DNA of 64,000 nucleotides from contig NC_042997.1 in the NCBI RefSeq assembly GCF_006345805.1, positions 68,386,001 through 68,450,000 of the forward strand, written 5' to 3'. Position 1 is the first letter of the stretch, and every line of letters starts with the position of its first letter. The notes beneath the pieces are model-generated. The model was not told where the DNA came from and did not search any database. It worked only from the letters and a program-made list of their open reading frames with translations. Shown here one piece after another: positions 44,230 through 57,450 of this stretch. The translations under genes and the position numbers were made by a program. The DNA is from Octopus sinensis (lineage: Eukaryota).

Positions 44230-47200
44230 AGCTCAAGGTAAAAAATACGTGTATTGTGAGATTAGTCAATTACATCCTGTCCAGTACTTGACTATTACAC
44301 TATTTTATCAACCTCGGAAGGATAGAATACAATACTAATCTCGGAGGGGTTTGAACTAGGAACGTAATGTAGGTGAATATTGTAAAATATATTCGTTCCA
44401 CAGTCTATTTTGCCAATCCCTTTATTTACCAGCAACGGTAGAAGGTCAAATACGATGTTCGATGGGAGGGATCGTTCGTTTATAACGACTCCAAAAACAG
44501 GAAAAAATTCCTGTAGTTGGCTAATCGATTATTTTATTGCACAAGCCCAGCAATTTCGGTCTTCACCTGGTACTTATTTTATCGATCCTGAAAGAATGAA
44601 AGTTAAGGGAGACTCTAGCGGAATTTGAACTCAGGACGTCAAGTCAGAAGAAATGCTGCAAAGCATTTTTACCGGCACGGAAAAGATTTTGGCAGCTCGC
44701 CTAATAGTAACAAAATATTGGTTGCAAATTTTGGCACAAGGCCAACAAGTTCGGGGGAGGGGATAAGACGATTACATCTGTCCATACTGTTCAACTGGTA
44801 CTTATCTTATCGATCCCAAAAGGATGAAAGTCAAATTTCACCTCAGCGGAATTTGAACACAGAACGTAACGAATGGCGAAATGCCACTAAGCATTTGACC
44901 CGGCTTGCTAACGATTTTGCCAGCTCTCCGGCTTACAGTAACTAAATATTGCAAGTTATTTTGCCTGACGCTCGAACCTTTCCGTCAACAAACTGCTTTT
45001 AAATTTATAATCACCAAATGAAATAACAGATTCAACGATCGGAAAAGAAAAAAATCCGTACCTCCTGCTTATCGTAGAGGAAGAATATAGACGGTTATAT
45101 TAGATACTAGTCTTCACTGGTATTTCATGTTATCGACTGCAGGGTAGTGAAAGTTAGAGCTGACGTTAGTGGAATTTGAACTAAGAATGTAAAATACTGG
45201 ATGAAATAGCGCAAGACATTTTGTCCGATATTTAGAATTATGGCAACAATAACGATAATTCTTTGTAATTTTTGACACTGTGCAAGCAATTTCGACAGGA
45301 GAAGAAGTCAATTACGTCAACCCTTAGGTGCAACTGGTATTTATGCATCGAGGGAATGTCGGCTTCGGAAGAACTTCAACTCAGAACCTAGACTCAACCG
45401 GCGTATCGATTGAGGACCCTTATCAACAGAGTCAATTATTTGCCGAGGCTTTTTCAACTATTTCCAAACAAGATGATGGTCGTGAACCCCCTCCATTTGA
45501 TAGATCGGTACCTCCAATGCTTCGATTGGTCATCACGCGGGACGAAGTCAAACGTGTTATTCAAGGCCTCGATGTCAACAAGGGTCACGGCCCTGACGGC
45601 ATACACCCACGGGTTATCAAAGCGTTGGCTCCGGTCATCTGCGAGCCCTTAACACGTCTATTCAATATGTCATTAGCGACGGGTGTTATACCTGCGGACT
45701 GGAGAACAGCGATAATCTGCCCAATTTTCAAGAAAGGGAGCCGCGAAGACCCGCTTAACTACCGACCGGTTTCCCTTACATCAATAATCAGCAAGATGTT
45801 CGAAACCATCCTGAAGAAAAGTATGATGCTCCACCTCCAAAACACAGCCTCTATCTCTGATTCCCAACATGGCTTCGTGCCGAAGAGATCATGCTTGACC
45901 AACTTACTGGTAATGGAAGTATTGGTGACGCGCATCCTCGATGATAGTAATGCTGTTGACATCGTTTTATTGGACTTTGCCAAAGCTTTTGACTCGGTAA
46001 ACCACCGCCTATTACTTGTCAAGCTTCAAGCATATAGTTTCCATCCGGATATTGTATGATGGGTTGGTGCCTTCCTCTCAGATCGCTCCTTCCAAGTCCA
46101 AGTTAATGGTTCGCGGTCCGACGTCTCCAGTGCGAGCAGTGGCGTGCCTCAAGGTTCAGTGCTTGGGCCCTTATTGTTCTTAGTCTTCATAAATGACTTG
46201 CCCGACGACCTCACGCAACACACCCTTCTATTTGCCGACGAGATCAAACTGGTTGCTCCTCGCGGTAATATAGAGGATCTTCGTCGATGCCTCCACCAAA
46301 TTTGGAAGTGGTCTAACGAATGGGACCTGTGTCTGAACGTGTCAAAGTGCTGTCATCTGCCTGTTGGCTCTCCTCCTGCAACTCAACTTGATTTCGAGCC
46401 GGGTCGTCTGCTGCTGGAGAGGACCGATCAGGTAAAGGACCTGGGTATCTTGGTGGATTCCTCCTTTTCGCCTTCGGCCCAGTGCGTCCATGCTGCCAAC
46501 AAAGCACGCGGAATTCTGTTCTTGATTCGACGGTCATTCGGAATGCTCACAGCAGCCATATTCCTACCACTCTATGTCACGCTGGTGAGACCCATATTGG
46601 AGTACGGGATTCAAGCCTCTTCTCCTTATCTCCTCAAAGACATACAGCATCTCGAAAGAGTCCAGAAGCTGGCTACCCGCATGGTTCATGGTCTCAAAAA
46701 TTTGTCCTATGAAGAAAGGCTGAGGACGCTCGACCTTTATTCTCTTGAAAAACGCCGCCGCCGTGGTGATCTCATTCTCGCTCACAACATCATAAGCGGA
46801 AAGTGTAACCTCTCGAAAGAGCTGTTCTTCACTCCTACTCCAGAGCGTCGGCTGCGGGGTCATTCCGAAAAGCTCTACCTGCGACGATTTCATCTCAATC
46901 GAAGGAGAGGAGCTTTCTCCGTCCGGGTTGCGGATCCGTGGAACAAGCTGCCAGACGAGATGGTGAAGATGCCGACGACCGCTTTGTTCAAAGCCTCCCT
47001 TGACCTCAAGTGGCCTGAACTCTTTACATGAACACCACCCTGTACTTAACTCCATGTCCCCCTACATGGCCTTGCTATTTGCTTTTGAGCCAAATTAACT
47101 AACTAACTAACTAACTAACTAAAGTGTCGGAAGAAATGACACTAAGCCATTTGTCCGACGTGCTAACCACTCTGCCACCTCACCCTCTTAATAACGGTCA

Positions 47201-47370
47201 TAAAGTTTTGGCACAAGGTCAGCAAGAATAAAGTTTGCAGATAAGTCGGTAGCATCGAACCCAGTGCTAGACTGCTGAAAAGCTGAAAAGCTGAAAAGTA
47301 AAATTGACTTCGGTGGGATTTGAACTCAGATCCTATTAAATCGGGAGAACAAAGCATTTTGTCCACCTCT
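44230..47370 (-). mobile_element. Cluster of about six diverged type A SINEs, one split by the CR1-like LINE
   Basis: Recurrent ...GGAATTTGAACTCAG...AAGCATTT...; the SINE broken at 45391 resumes at ~47121; the copy at ~45090-45240 appears to be in the opposite orientation. Confidence 0.65.
45392..47122 (+). mobile_element. Young CR1-group LINE, 5'-truncated (RT domain + 3' UTR + (TAAC)n tail)
   Basis: One reading frame 45392-47031 with a single TGA at 46057-46059; KGHGPDGI, NYRPVSLTS, QHGF, LDFAKAFDSV, GVPQGSVLGPLLF, LFADE, LEKRRRRGDLI; tail AACTAACTAACT. Confidence 0.93.
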
Positions 47371-47539
47371 CAAATGGTTCTACTTTTCTTCCACCTTGTA
47401 TAATTCATAATATAGGCAGAAGAGAATAACTTTAAAAGAAGGGAACAGGAGTGTGCAGAATTGTACGATTCCAGGTAGATCTATACTGGGTAAGCAGAAA
47501 AGATATCCCCGGTCTCTTTTCAGACTAAATGACCACCCA

Positions 47540-48330
47540 TAGTAACCAGTTTTGATTATCCATGTGGTCATTGGTCCCGCACGACTATTGGACATCTTTG
47601 AAATGGAAATCATGTGGTCAACACCACACTAAAAAATTTGACGTGATAAGAGACTATGTATCAACCAGAGCAACTTCATTTGGTTGCACCTCGGCACTTG
47701 TGGCTGGATCGATAATCTGGTTAAGGTACTTGAAGCTTGATTCTTTCACAGAATTACCCTCCTCGGCCAAATGTACACAAACATTAGGCATCTAGCTTCT
47801 GGAAATTTGGCAAACTCTCGCTGTCCGTGTGCTGTGAGTCTGGTGAGTCGTTATCGCTTGTAGTGAAGATTATGAGTGATGATGTTTGGGATGATAGTCT
47901 CTGGGTGTTGTTGAGAAGCAACTAAGCTGTTACTTCTGAGGGACTTTCAACTCGGAAACTAAGAATAATTTTCAAACATTACCGGATCGGCAAAGCAAAA
48001 TCCAGTAAGAATAAACACTATAGGCACCACAGTGCCGTTATTATAGCCTATTTGTGTGTAGTGCAGAGAAACAAAACAGTCCGCTCTGCTTTTGGCCGAT
48101 GTTCGGATACTGAACAGCTGTTATGCCATATAGGACAAGATCATCGTGAGAACGGTCTCGCCGCTTTCTGTTGGCAAAGTTTTTCTCTGTCTGGATGCCT
48201 ATTGCAAAAGAGGTAGTGGTTTGAGCAAAATTAAGAGGGTTGAGGACATGGACGCTTCTTTCGACTTCATTCTCACTAAACTTTTGAAGCACCACTTGAA
48301 GATAAAAGATGATGAGCCTCTTCCCATTTA
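47540..48330 (-). mobile_element. Highly degenerate LINE apurinic-endonuclease fragment
   Basis: Minus strand SENEVERSVHVLNP...RRDRSHDDLVLY...NQIIDPAT...GVDHMISIS loosely follows APE motif order (RxDR..GG.LY, SDH). Confidence 0.4.
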
Positions 48331-48920
48331 CTTGATAGTAAATGCGAGTGGACAGCGTCTATTTTCCATCTACATTAGAATTTAATATACATCATATTGA
48401 AATTAGTAAGATAAGTATTATTAACAGATGTACTATTAAAATTGTTATTTAATGATGCAGCATTAAATATTATTTTTTGTAATATAAATGATGTTATATG
48501 CTTGAACTTGTTTGGAATCTAAAATCTTTTCCGTTCAAACTTTGATAGGAATTACAAAAAGTAAACAATAAATTGAACAAATTTTATAAAAAAGAAAGAA
48601 GTTGGTGGAAGGGAGATGAAGAACACGGCTTAAAACGCTAGATTAGTTTTTGCATGGATTAACGTGACGTAATTTCCGGTGTAAATGTGTAGTGGGGCAG
48701 TGAGTGTATTGATGTGATTCAGTTTCCGGATTGAATTTTGTTCTATTGTCGATGTAAAAGCAATAAGAAAACAAAATGACAAATAACAGCATAATCTGTG
48801 AATCAACATTATTAACACACATAGAAATGGTAATAGAGATTGAGGTGGCGTGTTCTTGCAAGATTAGTTCAAAAGAACTTGGAGAATTTCAAGAAATTCA
48901 ATAGATATCATACTACAGAA

Positions 48921-48953
<33 letters not shown>

Positions 48954-49599
48954 TACACACGCATGCAAACACACGCACATACACACATACGTTCTCATTA
49001 ATATATACTCAAACGTACACACGCATACATATACTTTCACACACAAATGCACACACATTCATGCAAACACAAACATTGTCTTCTTTGTATATATTTGTTT
49101 TTGCGTAGATAATGTTACTGTGAGTAGCAGCTGTCGGAAGCTGTATTTTCCAACTGAAAGCTCTTGATGACGTGTATTGTCAATGGCCTTACGCTGCGTC
49201 CTTGTAATGGAAAAGAGATCTGTCACTGGAATACTCTAGGTAGTCGTAAATAGATACCATATGGAGGTAGGATTCCCATTTATAAGCAATGTGTGCATGG
49301 TATGTATTGCACCACAGCATTCTTGCCATTGCTGTACTAGGCAAAACGTATTTCACTTTGATGTTAAACTTCTGCATATTGTTAGAGTAAAAAAACTTGC
49401 CGTGCTATTATGCTCTGGAATCAAAACCTACAGGGGCAAACTTTTAACTTTCAAATTCCTTGTGCATAATGTCCATATTATCTACACATCCCAATGCTAC
49501 ACTTTTCTGGAATATCTGTCAGTTCTATAAGAGAAATGGTTGTACATTATTCCAGTCGTACCTAGTACACACGCGGTTATCCCGCAAATATTACTTAAC

Positions 49600-49950
49600 T
49601 ACCATTAATACTTCTAACCTCTACGTTTATGAAGGCCTTCCATAGGCTCTTTAAGAATTACAATCTTTCTCATTTGAAAATAGCACTGAAGTACTAACTT
49701 CTTAGATGTGAATTTTGACTTAGATGCAAACCTGTATTACCCTTACCATAAACCAAGTGATTGCTACAATATATTAAGGTCCTGTCTAATCAATCAAGCC
49801 AAATTTTACCTTTGTCACTGGTGTTTCTATTAGGGTTTCTAAACTATCAGCTCTTGAGGATATCTTTAATAATCATGCCCCTTACTATTAACCAGGTCCT
49901 CCGGAATAGCGACTTTCGCGAGGTCTCTTATATCCCGAATGCAAAACTAA
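49600..49950 (+). mobile_element. Degenerate Penelope-like RT C-terminal fragment
   Basis: ENSTEV.NFLDVNFDLDANLYYPYHKPSD...QYI...SN...EDIFNNHAPYY, read through frameshifts. Confidence 0.6.
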
Positions 49951-49999
49951 AAACAAAACTCGCACTTCTCTTTCCCAGTGCCGAATGAGCCCACTAGAC

Positions 50000-50700
50000 T
50001 TGCTTCTGCTCATCTACATCCTGTTAGCCTGCAACTGAATTCTCCTGTGTTTTTGGCCATCTCATAGGTTAAATAATCTTAAGCCTCCCTTGTCTGGCCT
50101 GACTGTCACTTCGGTGCTTCTAAGCCTTCCTAGGGCATAAAGGAGATCTTATGGTTCGCACCACCATTCTCTTTCCAGATTAAATCTCTACCCAAGCTAT
50201 TTTTCAAAATCCTAAGCTCTAATTTTCCACCACAACATAAATTGTATTCCATTTTCAGTTAATCTCCGATTAAAATCTCGGACTCTACAACACCAAACTT
50301 AGGCTCTATAATTGCATCTTCTATAATTGCATCTGCTATAATTGCATCTTCCAACAGATGCAAACTAAGCCGCCTTACTCTTGACCCTGTGAATTATCCC
50401 TCTCAATTCCACTCCAACCCGGCAGATACTAATACTATGGGCTTCTGGTTCACTATCCACTTTAACAATAGTAGCAATGCTGATATTACCGCTCCTACTA
50501 CTAGTATCTTTACCATATGTAACCACGATGACGCCCCCTCCTGGCTCAGTACGAGTTACGATTGTCCTCCGGCCCTTCTTCGTGGCCATATGAATCAGAT
50601 CAGAAATGGCATTGATTTTAAGCCTACTTCTGCTAGAAAAACCTGTAATTTCTGGGTCTCAGCTATGTCTACTCGATAGTTTTAGTTTACGCTATACATG
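50000..50700 (-). mobile_element. Possible degenerate LINE endonuclease fragment, with a 3x15-bp tandem repeat at 50306-50350
   Basis: GC-richer segment with weak APE-like translation; CTATAATTGCATCT(T/G) x3 seen directly. Confidence 0.3.
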
Positions 50701-51267
50701 ATGAGTAATAACCTCCACGTTCTCAGCGGCACTGCCGCTTGGCGCCGCTATCGGGATCACAGGAATTCACTCTCAAATGGAGCGTGTAGACTCTACCTCC
50801 CTAGGCATATACATACACCACCAAAAGTCCCAAACAATCACCTACACCTTATCTTGGTGCACAGTTTGGGGAGAATCCCCACATAATACTAACAACTGCG
50901 TTTGCATTACAAGGACTCGCTCGCTATCCTTCGCCATCGTTACTTAATTGGTTCACTGATGTAATCTTCTCATCTAGCACAAATTTTATTTCACGTTTGC
51001 CTATTACATAATCTCTTTATGATCATTCCTATTTATGGTTAAGCGCTCACCTATTAGCTATGCCAGAAGCATATTCTTTCTCTTTCTCTTTTCTCCTTGT
51101 ACCTTTCTTCCAATCTCAGCATTCCTGTCTCCTCTGCTATCCCTCTCCTTTAATTCATTGCTTGTCTCTTCCTGTCTTTATAGCCAACTACCATCCCTGA
51201 TTGATTTAAGTTTGCTCAGTGACAGTCCCGACCGATAGTGGAGCTGCCTTTTACACACACACACACA

Positions 51268-51298
<31 letters not shown>

Positions 51299-51913
51299 CA
51301 CCACACACACACACACACACATAGATGTCAAGCCTAATCATGTTTATTCATGTTTATCTGCATCTCTCCCTATCTGTGTGTGTGTGTATGCATACACACA
51401 CACACACATATATATATATAGTTGAAAAAGTTCCTTATATGTATAAATATACCATAAAAAGGTTTAATAAAATAAAATGAAATAAAATAAGATACAATAA
51501 GGGAGAATATGTATGTGTATATATGTATATGTATGTGAATATATGTATATATATATATATATATGTTTATATCTATGTGTATGTATGTATATGCGTATAT
51601 ATATGTGTGTGTATCTTTTATGTGTATGTATACTTGTTTGTCTGTATATGCATATTAATTGTGTATGGATACATTAACACGCACGCATATACGTGTGTAT
51701 ATATGTGTATATATATGTGTATATATCTATGTTTTTATATATGTATTTTCTTTGGTGTATATGCATGTATGTATGTCTTTTTTATATGTGTAGATGTGTA
51801 TATATATATGTGTGTATATATGCATGTGTGTATGCATATGCATATGCGAGCGCGTGTATGCATATATATGTATGTGTGCATATGTGTGTGTATATATATC
51901 TATATATATATAT

Positions 51914-52947
51914 ACTAGCATTATGACCCGTCGTTGCCGGGTCATAGTGCTAGTGCACGTATATATGTGTATACATATGTGTACATATTACATGTACATC
52001 TATATATATACATCTACACATGAAATACAAAATACAAAGTTACATCTTGATATCGCTATTGATAACAATACTCAAAATATATAACAGACTGGAATTGTAA
52101 GCCCGTCTCTTGCAATTTCAATCAATTGTATCTTGTCCTCCCTCTTGTATAGAAATGTGGCTACAATCCAGCCTACCTCAACTTCTGGGGGGAAGGGGGG
52201 GCATTTTAAATTTTTACCCGGCACGTCCTACGTCCCAGATATAAAGGTAAAAATAAAATATTTCCACTTTACAAGTTCGAGTCGAGTACTCCCTCGCACG
52301 CTCCGTTGACTCGAACCTTGTTTCTATTGTGGCGAATTTACCGCCTCTGGTTTGATATCTTTCATAGTCGCACCAAGACACTTTTCGATGGTGCTTTACT
52401 TCAGGTGTTCAAATCTTTTTTCTCTACATTGTATACTTTATAGACAATAGTCTTTTCTTTAATTTAATTTTTTATTATCCATCTGGACTATTCCATTTCT
52501 GCACGCTAATTTTATTTTTAATTTATTTCCATTCATGTGAAACCACTTATTCAAGATCAAGTCATTGATGCAATTTTATACCAATTGCTATTTTTACTTT
52601 TGTTATGTTACGATTATATTATACTTTAGTTTGATTTTAATTATTATTTACTACATATAATTCAATTGTTATTATTATTTTTATTGTTAAAGTGAAAGTA
52701 TCTGACATAAAATAGAGAAATGTTTTTGTTTCACTTTTAACACCTAATACTGAAATAGTGGAGAAGATATGATATTGCTATGGGCTCGCTCTAGGCAATA
52801 AGTTGAACAATTTTTTTTGCCCATGAAACTACATGGACCCTAAGTAAGGCATGTGTAAAATTTGAATGAAATTGGTTGAGTAGTTCTCAAGTTTTAGGGA
52901 AACACACTGACAGACAGGCACACATTCTTAGTTTTATATATATAGAC
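51914..52947 (+). mobile_element. Helentron/DINE-1 (HINE)-like non-autonomous element
   Basis: 5' 17-bp hairpin ACTAGCATTATGACCCG/CGGGTCATAGTGCTAGT; 3' end AAATTGGTTGAGTAGTTCTCAAG...GACAGACAG...TTTTATATATATAGAC typical of DINE-1-like ends. Confidence 0.55.
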
Positions 52948-54131
52948 ATGTATATGCGTGCGCGTGTACATGTATGTGCATGCTTATGTATGTGCATGTA
53001 TACACGTGTGTGTGGGTGTATGTGTATGTGTGCATGTATGTATATATGTATGACTGTATATCCTTATGTGTTAAGTATATACGTTTTTTTCATCACTTGT
53101 AATTTACTATATTTTTCTCCTTATATTCGTTTTTGTTCATATTCTTTTTTTATTGTCTCCCCTACCGCGAACTAAATTTTGAGTATGGTAACTCCCTTGA
53201 ATACACCGACCGTCTCTGTCGGTGATCGTTGCTTTTCGTCCTTAAGTTATTTTTGTTTTCTCTCTGTTTGTATGTACATGTTTACTTAAATACTGTATCT
53301 TTTGCAAACATAGTCTTGCCTGTCGACTTTAAGCCTCTTGTAATGTATGTATTTTTTCAATATTAATATGTATACGTATAACTCTCTACGGCTTTTTTCT
53401 GCTAGTGTACCTGTTGCGCTATATTCTACTACACACACGTGGCCGTGTTTACATTATACTTCGTCTCGACCTGTTACTATTTCTTTAAACATATCCGTTA
53501 GATTTCTATTTTTATGTTATAGTTTACTGCACATATAGACTTGCATACACGTTGTTATGTCTTTCTTTTTCTATTTAGACTCTCATTATTATTACTATTA
53601 TTATTTTCTCTTTTATAACTAGTTTGTAAATATCCGATTTTTCCCTATTAACCCCATCTGTATTCTCCCTCATTGTATCTTATTTTATTTTATTAAACAT
53701 TTTTTCATGCTCTTTCAAAAATTCCTCACACTCGTGAGAATGACAATGCTTAAATTTAATTATAATTACTATGATTATAATTTTCTTCTTAGATATCTGT
53801 ATTGTCTTTCGAAACGGGCGTATGTATTGAATTCAATTTTATATTAAATCTAATTTTGATTCCACATGTTTTTTCCTACATTTTTTAATACTTGCTTCTG
53901 GTATATTTATATACCAATAACGATATTTTTCAAGTATTATTTTCATATTCTTATTACTTGCTCTGGCTGTTTTTTTATGAATAAGATGGATCTTTATTAG
54001 AAATCCTTTTTGTCTCTTTTTGGATCTCTCAAAAAGTTTGAATGTTTTCTTTTTGAACTTATTTCTCTCTCTCTCTCTCTCACATACACACACACACACA
54101 AGTATATATACACACACATATATATTTACAT

Positions 54132-54179
<48 letters not shown>

Positions 54180-54412
54180 TTGTATCTATTTATCTTTTGT
54201 ATGTAAATGCCTGTGAGAGCGTACATATATTAGATTTGGCATAAAGTCAGCGATATTAGTGGGAGGGGTAAGTCGAATTCATCGATCCTAGTGCTTAACG
54301 AATACTTATTTTATCTGCCCCGCAAGGGCGGAAGGCAAAGGCGCCATAAAGAAGGACGGTAACATTTCTACCTGCTCGCCTCCTAAGTATGTATTGATTT
54401 GTGCAACAGTAT

Positions 54413-54800
54413 TGTGTAGCCCTATGCGCAGGACCACCATTTAGCAATCCTCAACATTTACCATCCCCAACGCATGCCAATCCTCAACGCATACCAGTCC
54501 CTAAAGCTTACCAATCCCCAGCGCTTGTTTTGCGCGCGTATACTCGCTCACGCGCGCGTGCATATGCACATGTGCACGCGCATGCGTGTGTGCGCACACA
54601 CTGGCATGCACGCATACATGCATGTGAAGATACATATGTACACATGAATGAATAGGCATGTGTGTATGTATGCGTCAATGTGTGTGCATGTGTGCGTATG
54701 TGTGTGCATCTGCATGTGTGTCTGTTCGTCCAAGCGCGCGCGTGTGTGTGTGCAGACGTGTGCGTGCGCGGCCATGTACAGATGCGCACACACGCATCAA
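54413..54800 (+). mobile_element. Unclassified repeat with ~17-bp subrepeats, flanked by 21-bp direct repeats
   Basis: CAGGACCACCATTT(A)...CCAATCC(C/T)CAACG subrepeats; related copy at ~57900-58340 (minus strand); TATTGATTTG(T/C)GCAACAGTAT at 54392-54412 and 54801-54821. Confidence 0.55.
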
Positions 54801-55117
54801 TATTGATTTGCGCAACAGTATATATAAGGCCGTAGAAATAGAATACATTACTATAACGTATCTTTCTATACATGTCAGTGTAACACTAAGTATTTCCCAT
54901 TATATCTAGATGAAAGTAAGCCTTTGAGTAGAAATTACTATGTGGATATCCCAGTGTGTGTATATATGTATCGTGTATGTTCGTGCGTGTACGTGTCTCA
55001 GCGTGTGACTATGAATTATTTCATGCGTGTATGACTAAGAAACTGTTGAATACACGTTTTCATAAATGGTGATGCATAATTGCAGATGGAAATACGAACA
55101 AAACGTAAGACGACCTG

Positions 55118-55132
55118 AGATGATGATGATGT

Positions 55133-55196
<64 letters not shown>

Positions 55197-55270
55197 AACA
55201 ATGACGAAGAAGACAACGTAGATGATGATGGCGATTATGATGATGATGATGATGATTATGACGATGACAC
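55118..55270. repeat. (GAT)n microsatellite
   Basis: Directly visible. Confidence 0.95.
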
Positions 55271-55546
55271 TAACGTGGATAACGATTTTCACGCTGATGT
55301 CAAAATTCATGTATTGACATGTTGATGAAAGCGGAACCACAAACGGCATGTTCTGGTTGTTCGAACACTTTTAGTGAAAATTTCACTCAGAGAGGAATCG
55401 ATGACGGTATTGCTTCATTTGTTTCCACGTTTGTCTTGCTTTTCATTTTTGTATGACAGCGAAAGAAAATTAATAAATTGATAATACATACATACATTCA
55501 TACAGACACACATACATATATGTATACGTATATATGTATATATATA

Positions 55547-55632
<86 letters not shown>

Positions 55633-55639
55633 TTTATTA

Positions 55640-55670
<31 letters not shown>

Positions 55671-55854
55671 CGCATACACATACACACACAGAAGCACACA
55701 CGCACATACAAACACACACACACACACATACACAAGCATATATTATATATACATACCGATAACAGTATAAATAAATAAACTGAGGAAAGGGCTAAATATA
55801 TCAGTATCGACAATATATTTAAAAAAAAATAGAGTTGACAAAAGATACAGTTAT

Positions 55855-55855
55855 A

Positions 55856-55950
<95 letters not shown>

Positions 55951-55958
55951 TTATAATA

Positions 55959-56004
<46 letters not shown>

Positions 56005-56190
56005 TATAATAATAATATAATAATATAATAATAATAATATAATAATTATAATAATATAATATAATTATAATAATAATAATAATAATAATAATAATTATAA
56101 TAATAATAATAATAATTATAATAATAATAAATAATAATATAATAATAATATAATAATAATAATTATAATAATAATAATAATAATAATAAT

Positions 56191-56258
<68 letters not shown>

Positions 56259-56280
56259 GTAATCATAATTATAGTATTTA
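55855..56280. repeat. Long compound (CTA)n(CTG)n(AAT)n array
   Basis: Directly visible; explains ORF 55637-56290. Confidence 0.95.
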
Positions 56281-56587
56281 TTTCTAACATAGATACAAGA
56301 CCATGTAGTTCGTCTACGAAATAGTTGTCGATTATATCGACTAAGCGACTTCTCTAGTACTTCATTTTAATCGATTTCCAAGGATCAAACGTCGACCGTG
56401 ACAAGCTTTGGACCGAGAATGTAAGCAGATAATGAGTAGCTATTGTTCGACGTCTTGTATGTATACATGACTGTTATGTAACTGTATATATATATATATG
56501 CATGTATATTGGTGTGTATATATATAATATATATAATATATATATATTATATATATATATTATATAATATATATATATATATATATA

Positions 56588-56629
<42 letters not shown>

Positions 56630-56947
56630 TATAGTGCAATACAGTAGTATTGCTTCCCAGTAAAACAATGCACCAGCAGTTTAAAGTATAAATATAGGAT
56701 AGTGGTACAACAATGCATCAATATTTACTGGAAATAGCAGTCGATAATATACGACGCTATAGTAAAGCTTCACTGTATATACATAGTACCAAAAATGTAT
56801 GCGTGGGGTGCATAAAAGAATATCATCTTACCTGTAAGAAGAACATTAAATATATATATATATATTTAAGTAAAATAATGTACTAGGTAGAATGAAATCA
56901 TTTACTAGGCAAATTCTCATCAGTAACCGAGCCACCCAAGACTAACC

Positions 56948-57120
56948 TTTTCATTCCCTTTGATATTGCTTAAATTTTGTGGTTTTCGGTCGTTTTGACT
57001 GTCTCCTAGCGTGCAGAAATTGCCTGTTATAGGTAAATTTCTCTTGTGTTTAAATGTACAATATTTTATATTGAATAATATGTCGTCTATTAACTTTTTA
57101 TACATGCTAGGCCACTGGTA
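56948..57120 (-). mobile_element. Partial copy of the foldback MITE at 171-527
   Basis: Reverse complement aligns to ~171-345. Confidence 0.8.
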
Positions 57121-57124
57121 GTGA

Positions 57125-57450
57125 AATTTGTAAACATTTGCTACCCTATATATATGTATCCTATTATCAACCCTATTATCTCCCCTTATTTCGCTCTCGC
57201 GTCTCATGTTTGATCTTTGACCTCTGGCCGAAATCAGATCGCCATGTTGATTCGTTAGTTACTGCACGCATTTTTTTCTCTCCTTCTTTCTGTGTTTTTT
57301 TTAACTCTGTGTATCTTTCTGTTGAAGAGCGTAGGCTCGAAACGTTAAAGACTTTATTTATATTTCCTGACGCCATACTAATACAATTGTTTGTTTGTTT
57401 CCCACCTGCCTTCGTCTTTTGTCTATTTTCATAAAGCTTCCCGTTGTATA
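57125..57450 (+). mobile_element. PLE-type terminal repeat (family C) with hammerhead variant, ending in (TA)n
   Basis: TCTTT CTGTTGA A GAGC gtag GCTC GAAA CG TT AAAGA at 57314-57351. Confidence 0.65.

Noticed and set aside
48146-48385. Protein-like plus-strand ORF (DKIIVRTVSPLSVGKVFLCLDAYC...)
   Set aside because: Better explained as the antisense frame of a decayed LINE endonuclease fragment on the minus strand; no donor or recognisable homology.
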